From Chrysomallon squamiferum (taxonomy: Eukaryota > Animalia > Mollusca): DNA of 64,000 bases. The translations under genes were made by a program, and so were the position numbers. Of this stretch, positions 54,154-64,000 are shown piece by piece (position 1 is the first letter of the stretch; every line of letters starts with the position of its first letter). The stretch covers positions 17,732,001-17,796,000 of the forward strand of contig CM022669.1 of the NCBI GenBank assembly GCA_012295275.1. The letters run 5' to 3'. A model generated the notes under the pieces. That model was not told the DNA's origin. It saw nothing but the letters and a program-made list of their open reading frames with translations, and did not search any database.

Positions 54154-57100
54154 CTGTATTATCCATTATTTCTTTCATGTTTTCAAATTTCACCTATTAC
54201 GACATCAATCTTGCATTTAATTGCCTTTTGGGATTTCATCTCCAATGTATTTTGTTAAATATGTATCCCTGTATGACCACTTTTGCTTGGTTCCACGAGA
54301 AGCCACCATACACTGATTCGATTATATAAATAATTTGAGAGACTGCCATTTTAAACTGTATAAATTAATATTTGCAATCATTGTTTTAAAAATCTCGAAT
54401 CTTAGGATTATAATACAAGCAGAATATGATTGTATAGGCATATATATATATATATATATCCATGAAACCACCAAAGAAAGGATTGAATAACATTGTCTAT
54501 ACATACAATAACAAAGTCAAGAAAAACTGAGCTAAATATCTTTTTGCCTTTCGTTGTGTTTAATTTCCGCCTTGGATTATGACCCACATGTGATATTTCC
54601 CACGCTCGGAAGGCCCCCAGCCACACCACCCCGCTAACACGGGCAACAAAATGTCACCTCAAATACCAAAGGGCTCGCGAGACGTATATGTTTGTTTTAT
54701 TGTTGTGACCATGCATGTGCCACAATGCGAGATTACCGTAATGTTGACCAGTGACAGGGAACGCGTTAACAACCAACATAAGGTAAGATATGATTGGAGA
54801 AGGGAAGTGAAATAATAAATAAATGTTACTGCGTACATAATATATGAAATAATAATAATAATAACAAGTGCAAAATAATAATAATACGCAAACAAATAAA
54901 AACAAACAAACAAATAAATAAATAAATAAAATAAAATATTAATATTCTTTCTAGAATTATGCAACTACAGTGAGCATACACTATGACACTTTTAGCACAT
55001 TGATAACGAGATACGCTGTAGTGGTTTTAAATCTTGCTGGAGCAGCTGACAGCGATTTAATTTTCTAAACATCGATCCTGAAACTTTTTTGTTTGTTTTT
55101 TTTGTTTTTCGATTTATCGAGCTTATAGCAAGTAAGAGGCTTAAACATCAAGAGAGCTTCAAGATAGCTACATAAGAAATCAAACTAGTCATCGGAGATT
55201 ATTTTCTGGCTTGGGAGCATATATGCACGAGAAAATTACATTAACATTAACTTTGTTGTGTCATTCTTATACGACATTCCTCCCGTTTTGTCCATATCGA
55301 AGTCAATTGTTTTGTTTTTAATTTACTACTCACTTTATTTGATAAATTACGACAATGACAATGAAGAGATAACATTTATCACTCAACAACAAAGTTAATC
55401 ATTGGTGTCAGCCTCTTGACACTAGACAAAACATATTTTGTATAGCACAAAAAACCCTGTCTGCCTATTTGACATAAGGTCAGATTCCGTTTTGAAAATG
55501 TCACTAACGACGATTGATAAGACAAAACACATTGTCAAGTGGTAACACATTGGCGACACAAAAATCTGCTTTGTATGAGGAAATGGTTGTTCTGTTGAAC
55601 ACGGAGATAGAATAGATAGATAGACCTGTTTCGTCTCTTACAATTGAGAACGTTTGTTTTTATTTTCCAAATTTGTATATACATAATTGTCAAATACTTA
55701 TGGTTCAGGTGACAGAATTACAACACACGAGTTTTCCATAAGAAACTTATTAATATATACAACAGATATACAATTATGTTATATAATTTTCAATGAAATA
55801 AAAATTTAATATATGAAATAGATATTTCAAATGTGTTTCTCTCTATCCGTCCATCTTTCTTTTATCTGACTCCATCTCTCTGTGTCCTTATGTCTGTTTG
55901 TCTTTATATCTGTTTGTCTATCTATATATCTAGCTATCTACACATCTATGTATTATATATCTAACTCTGTATATGTGTGTATGTATATGTGTGTATATAT
56001 ATATGTATGTATGTATATGTGTGTATGTATATGTGTGTGTATATGTATATATATGTATGTATGTATATGTGTGTGTATGTACGTACGTATGTATGTATGT
56101 ACATGATGTATAATGTATGTATGTATTTATGTTTGTGTGTCTGTCTGTATCTCTATTTATCTGTCTTCATGTATGTTGGTGTTTTTAATCTATTCACACT
56201 TTATCACATCCGACGTCTTTAAAAAATAAACTGAATGATGCTCAAAGTTAATGTGTACAAGATCACCCTAACCTATTAAAGGTTAACATTTCCTAACAAA
56301 TTCGAAAAACACGGTAACGGGAGATTAAAACAAAAGTCAAAAGTTTACACATAAGGAGGAGTTGCTTACAGATAAAAGCCACGCAACCGCTCTATGAAAG
56401 AATACAATATAGTTATTATTCCACGTTTTGTTAGATGTATGCATATACCACCCTACGTATCTGTTATCGTGTTTTCAAGTATTCCTTTCCACAAACCCAC
56501 CCAACCAGCGATGACGTGTCTGGAACAAAACACTTGCTTATGCAATGATTCACATGAAGGCATATGCAAAATTTCAAGAGTTTTTTTTTTTTTTTTTTTT
56601 TTTTTTACCGTTAAAATACATTTTTTTGTATTATCAAAGCCTTTTTAGATATGTTCATGTATACATACATACGGAAATAAAGACTTTTTTAGTGATAATT
56701 TTTCTTATACATTAAAACGTTTTTTTTATACATCAAAGTCTATTGAGATATGTGTACAGTAAAAACAACATTTTAGTGGTTATTTCTTCTTATAATATGT
56801 TTATATATATATATCAAAGTATATTTACATAAGTGTAAGTATAATACAAAAATATTAAAGAAAATTTTGAAAGTGATTATGAAGCTGTTGAATTTGTTTT
56901 TCTTAAAATTTTAACGCTGTTGAAAGCATAATTATCTTCACATACACAAACAAACATACGCATGTTTGTATGTGTTTGTGTTGTTTGTGCCCTTGTTTGT
57001 TACTCAGAAGAAAGATAAATGAACTGGTGAAAGATGAAAATTATGATAGTAACCAGAAAAATAAAATACAGGTCATAACGATATTGACGTATCGGTGTCG

Positions 57101-58131
57101 ATGTAAGAAAAAAAAACGTATCTGAGATCAAATACACTGATAAAAATAAAATCCTGTTTCTTGTACATCAAACTTCCAAATACTGTTGCTATTGTTTGTA
57201 TTTCAATTTGTACAAAAAGGTTTACAATTTCTGAGGGTACTCTCAGAGGCTAATTTTCTCCCAGCCAATTTAAAGATTTTTTACATGATAACTTTTGTAT
57301 ATCTCTTACATCTCTTTCCTTACTTCGTCTTATTGGTTCGCGTCTGTGTATCGGTATATAATATTTCCCCATCGTGAATGTACATAATGCATATAATGCA
57401 TTTGTTAAAATGCAGAGATAGGCTTTGCTTTCCTGAAATGTTAAATAAACATTGTTTAAACCGAGATAGAAAAACACAAAACAAAACAAAGGATTCTTTT
57501 TGTTTCGTCTTTTAAGTCCATGCAGTAGGAAACCGCGAGAATTTTTTTCTCTTGTGTCATAAACTTGAGAAGATTCGCTGTTCCCTGACGGTAAATGTAG
57601 ATGAAAAAAGAAAGAACAAAAAAAATGCTATCTCTTTGTAAACACAGCAGGTGCCTGCAGCAAAGGTTCAGTCTGCAGACAGACAAAACAATTTATGCTT
57701 TCTTGTGTTTTACATAAAATTCCTTGATCATTTCACATTTTTCAGTGGCGTCCCAGTGTTGAAAGCTACTTCACTGGTATTCGTCCCTGTGCGATTTTCC
57801 TACAGAGAAGCCCGTAACACTGTAAAGCGCAACTCACTGTCAGCACCGGTTTACTAATGCCGAGAAATATCTCACATACATCGCGCATTCGAGAAGAGAC
57901 ACAGCAAAATGGTTCAGTGTTCGAAACAGTATTACGCATTCCTCGATGGCGTAGAAACAATAAAGAGCAGAAAGAGCAAGTAATCGCGCGCACATCTCTG
58001 GTCGTGTTAACTGGATTGTGGAAATTAATACCACCAAGTAGCCAAAAACAAACTGCACATTCATCAGAAATTCGTGTTTTAGCACTGACCTTTACGTAAA
58101 CTCAAAACTTTCTCTTGGCAATGTTTTTTGA

Positions 58132-58923
<792 letters not shown>

Positions 58924-59673
58924 CGGTGGAAAAGTAGAGCAGCTTCAAAGAGCTTACTCATCAGAAACAACCTAACCCTTGTTAATCATTAATCTAAACA
59001 GAAAACGTTTTCAAAGGTAAACGGTTTACACAAAAACCGAAGCAGATATTTGAGTCATCGACTTAGAAAGAATTACGTAATGAAACCACCACACATGCAA
59101 CGCCAGGTTGTCTGGTGTTTTTCAAATAAAATGTGATCTGTTTAGATTTCTAAGTTTGAACCGTACACCAGATAATGATAACTGCTTTAAAGATAAATAA
59201 ATCGAGGCTGGTTTCAGATCGAAACAGTAGACGCCCGATCATTTTAAAATCGAAATGCGTCACTCAAGACAAATTCTGGAGTATCCAGTCGCCATTATTG
59301 TTCTATATATCATTTGCGTTTATACTGGGGGTTTTTTGTTTTTTATTTTTTGTTTTTTATTTTTTGTTTATTTATCTTTGAATCTTTTTTTCACTAATTT
59401 AAATTTTTTAAACTGAAAACATTGTGCCGTATAACGAGATAAAAAGAATCAAGTTAACATATCTGAAAGAAAATAAAACACATCCTCCACACCCAGAAAA
59501 TATCTGAAGCAATGCCTGTAGTTCACAGGATCAAACTCCGTTAGCTATTATTTTTTCGTTCGTTCTATTTTAAGTTGGCTATTTTTGATTTCACTAATCC
59601 TTATTTCAGTATTTTGTAAAAAAAAGCCTACAATTTATAATCAGTTCTTGTTATGTCCTGTTTAACCGTTAGA

Positions 59674-59774
<101 letters not shown>

Positions 59775-60583
59775 GTCTGTTAAATCAAGTCGACAAAATG
59801 AAGTCAGTGGGAAGTGTCTAGCCCCAGGAGCTTATTCTACCTATGCTCTTTGACGCTTACAGACCTGCTAGCATTGTGGCGTCTGCACGCCATCTGGTTG
59901 CCATTTTATTCTATCAGACACTCAAGTGAAAGACATCAACTCCAATAATAGACAAATTGTTCTTTCTTTATTCTTCTTCTGCTGCCATAAAGTGGCACTT
60001 GATTCTAACATTCAGAGCGGAGCGCATTTTTCGTAAATCGATTATGTAACATCAGACGAAAGCAGAACAAGCGCAATTCAATGTGTTTAGCATTCGCTAC
60101 TCATTCGTTGTAGATTATTTACTGTTCCAGTCACAGCCAAGATGTAGCAGGTCTTATTATTTAAGCTGGTCATTTCTAAATCATCAACATTTCCTTTCCG
60201 TTAATAAACAACAACAACAACAACAACCAAAATCCTAAATTTTATGACCGATTAAAAACACATTTCATTAAAGACACATAACAGAGAAAATTCTAGATTT
60301 TTGCTATATTATTATAACACTGTAATTATTACTGAACTTACTGAAACAACAAACACACATGTGTTTTTAATATGATATCAAATGAAATATGTGTGATTGC
60401 ACAGAGAAAGAAAAAAAGAAGAATGTCAAAATGGAAATAAAAAACGAAAAGAAAAAAGATTTAAAAATTATTATTAAGTTAGAGCGAAAGAAAGAGAAAA
60501 AGATTAGAAAAAGTATGTCTATATGTAAATACGTTTGCGTGTGTGTGTACATACAGTGAGAGAGAGGGAGGGAGGGAGGGAGG

Positions 60584-60688
<105 letters not shown>

Positions 60689-61108
60689 TCAGAGGATAAA
60701 GAGAAACAAAATAAATAATTTTTTTGTTTAATATCAAGAAAGGAACCAGTGTGAATGTTTACTTACTCCTATACATATATAAACAAAAATGTTTTCTGTT
60801 CCCTTCTTCCTTTTGAATTTTAAATCACTATAAAGACGATAATAGTAAGATTATTTTCCGTTTAGTATTTGTTCCACCTTTTTTCTCACCGTAAACGCGT
60901 TACGTAGTTTTAATGCACAAAAAAGACACAACTGCATCCGCACATATCATTATTAATTCGTTATCGCCAACTAAAATAAACTAACATATCTCTTACACAC
61001 AGTCATATAGATTATATCCTCTCTTTTTTTCAAACTCTCTATACAAACTTTGTTTTTTGTTTATTATTAATTTTATTCTTTTTCAACAAAACGAATAAAG
61101 ATTTCCGA

Positions 61109-61147
<39 letters not shown>

Positions 61148-62918
61148 CTTTATCTAAATATAACAGTAATTAATAATGTATTAATGCAATTATTATGACA
61201 CAAATCATAGTAATTAAAGTAATTATTATTAATTAATTATTAAATAAATAAATAAATTTAAAACTTAGTAACGTATTTTTTCTTTTTTTTCTTTTACAAA
61301 AAAAAAAACGATATCGTGTCATTCGTCCAGACATTTTGTAAGTGCAAACGGACTTGTGCATCTTACCGTCTGTAATTTAATTTAAAGTGTGCAGAATAAC
61401 TCGAACTGACCAATAATAAACAATTTTACATCAATTTCATCTAACTATTAAAAAAAAAAAAAAAAAATGTTAGAAAGAAAAGAAAAAAGCGGCATCCATA
61501 AGGATGTAAAAGAAAACGACAAATATTTTATAGACATAAATAATTATTTACCGTAATATAATATATAACAACTTATTTTGACATACGTGTAATTTACTTA
61601 TATTCAGTAAATAGAATATTTATATGTTACATTTATCATTAACTGTTCGAATTAAGCCATATTCAGCTTATAAGATATTACGACCTGCAAATACTTTGTC
61701 TATGACTGAAAAGCTTGATTCAAATGAACGCCACTGAAATTAGTAGACATTACAGAAGATGTTGTCAATCATTCTGTATCAACAGAATGTGTTTCTGGAT
61801 TAATCAGAAAAAGAAAATATAATCGGAAGAAACCTTTACCATGATGCTGTCCTAGAACCCATGAACCTTGCAGTATATAATTTAACCGAATAGGTAATTA
61901 TGGACATAAATATTGGGTTATTATTTTACTTCAGTGAGGAAACTGTTCACGTGTGCCTATTATGACTGGAAAACTGGATTTACACTACGGATCTGTAATC
62001 ACTGGGGATATTTTTTTTCTAATTTTTTGTTTACTAAATACATGTATTTCCTAAGGCCTGCATGGTTTTTATTTTTAATATTTGCACTTGAATAACCTGA
62101 ACTGTAGATGTATTCATCGTGCAGGAAACACACGATCATCTGAATGGAAATGAAAGAGGTATTGTTAATATTTGTGATGTGGAATACAGCTGTGGGTGAT
62201 ATCAGTTATTAGTTTACGCGTCCTCCCATTATATGACAATGTCTGCACATCTTTCGTTTCAAACCTGCCAGTAATCTGCATACTACACCGACCGCCGCTC
62301 ACTGAACCGCTTCCTGCTGTAATGTTATCGCTACAGAAAGAAGACGGAGCGATGGGAAGGAAGACAGTCGAATCTGACATGCGCGGCAGCTGTTTCAAAG
62401 AGAAGTTTGTCTACGGGGTCATATGTCAAAGCGAATGGAGATTCCAAAAGTGTTAACAATCAATTACAGTCTCTCTCTCTTTTATATGTAGCTATAAAGG
62501 CTCTTTTTCAAAAAACACCACAACTACATGTAACAGTGCTACGTCAAGTGTTAAAATGTAAATGAATGTAATGTGAGAAAAAGAAAATCAAAACGAAACA
62601 AAAAGAGAATAAACAAATAGGTTTATTAAGGATTTAACATGTGTTTGATTGATGCTACCGTTTTGAAATTTATTTACTTATCTCTCTGCTTATCTGTTAC
62701 CTTATCGTGAAGATTTCCTTATCTGTGTCAGAATATGATAACATAATCCCTGTGAGAATATTTGTTCTACTTGATTAAAAACAGTTTTAGAAACAAACTA
62801 AATCTTCTTTTTAAAAAATAGAACAGCACATGGCATAATTTTGATGCGTTAGTATCTTTCTCCTCCTCTCCCCCCTCTCTCTCTGTCTCTCTCTGTCTCT
62901 CTCTCTCTCTCCGTCTTT

Positions 62919-62983
<65 letters not shown>

Positions 62984-63898
62984 ATATCTATCATCCCTAC
63001 ATCTTCTGGACATTTTCTAAATATGTTAGATGGCTGGATTACATTAAACGTTTCACTTTAAATGAATAACTGAAAGAAATTATAGAGATGTTCAGAAAAG
63101 AAGATATCGTAACTGCCTTATCACAGAAGATAAAGTTCTACATCGTTTTAAATAGCATCTGCAGCATTGACTTGAGAGTTATTACTACCATCATCATCAT
63201 CATCAACATCACAGGTAATCTGAATTAATTTTTTGTAAAAATAAGCAGGACTCATAAACATAATTATACATTTTGGTAAACATTACATTTTAATACATTA
63301 TCTATAAAATATAAGGAAATTTATCTTACGCTTTATAAATGATCACCAACAAAATTCCCTAAATCTGATAACGGGAATAACGACGACAACAACAACAATA
63401 ATAATGGAATAACTGATATAAGAACTGCATGAAAAAAGTTACTAGTATTTATATAATTATATAATTCTTATTTTCGTTCAAATCCATAAAAAAATAAATA
63501 TTTTTATTGTTTCAATAAAATTTTGTTAGAGGTCTGTTAGCATTAACTTTATATTTAAATTTTATTTAATATTATAGACAAAAATAATCCTTGCTAAAAA
63601 GAATATTTAATTCAAATAAGCAAATATATCCCATTTTAAAACATAAATATAGATTACAAAATTCAATATCGTATTTCTTTCTTTTCGTTTACTTTTTTTT
63701 AGAAAAAAACAAAAAATAATAAAAGTAAGAAATAAATTTTAAAATATTAATAATTCACGTCTGGACAATAAAATTGTAAAATATAACGCTTATTATTTCA
63801 TCTGTCTTATTTTCTGTTTCGTTAAAGCCTCTGTTGTCTCTATCTGTTCAATAAACTTGGGTAAAGTAAATAATATTAGAAAATGAAAACACACTCAC

Positions 63899-63964
63899 CA
63901 CTATGAAGCAAACTGTAAACAATCGTCGGTTCGCAACAACGTGCGCGTGCAGCAGACGACACAT
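63899..63964 (-). CDS. madd-4: ADAMTS-like candidate distal first coding exon (signal peptide start)
   Basis: acaATG MCRLLHAHVVANRRLFTVCFIV |gtgagt, phase 0, in CpG-rich sequence at the window edge; joined to IFLAVRA gives basic RR, hydrophobic LFTVCFIVIFLA and VRA-D cleavage site. Confidence 0.65.
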
Positions 63965-64000
63965 TGTCTTCTGCCAAACGACGCGAAGGCGCCAAACTCT

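Noticed and set aside
61353-61380. catcttaccg resembling a miR-8/200 star arm
   Set aside because: No matching mature arm or hairpin nearby
62165-62456. Overlapping ORFs on both strands in a GC-richer patch
   Set aside because: No domain similarity; more likely non-coding regulatory sequence

Overview
AT-rich, microsatellite-dense animal genomic DNA (invertebrate, probably molluscan, inferred from the repeat style), not prokaryotic; almost all ORFs in the supplied track are simple-repeat artefacts. Two spliced minus-strand genes can be built by hand with GT-AG junctions and consistent phases. (1) A secreted ADAMTS-like/punctin (MADD-4-like) gene: signal peptide, 6 TSP1 repeats, Ig-like domain, 3 TSP1 repeats and PLAC (about 813-822 aa). 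Its common exons lie at 22525-13010, with two candidate alternative signal-peptide first exons at 63964-63899 and 27405-27367, so most of 22.5-63.9 kb is one large intron with CpG-richer, motif-dense patches. (2) Just downstream, a signal-peptide cyclophilin (PPIB/PPIC-like, 233 aa, coding 8850-5208) followed by a diverged duplicate of its last exon (1810-1628) that could give an alternative C-terminus. Also present: a decayed Tc1/mariner element, SINE-like remnants, a ~135-bp GA-microsatellite-flanked repeat in tandem and palindromic form, and several degenerate minisatellites. All coordinates and alignments were read by eye.
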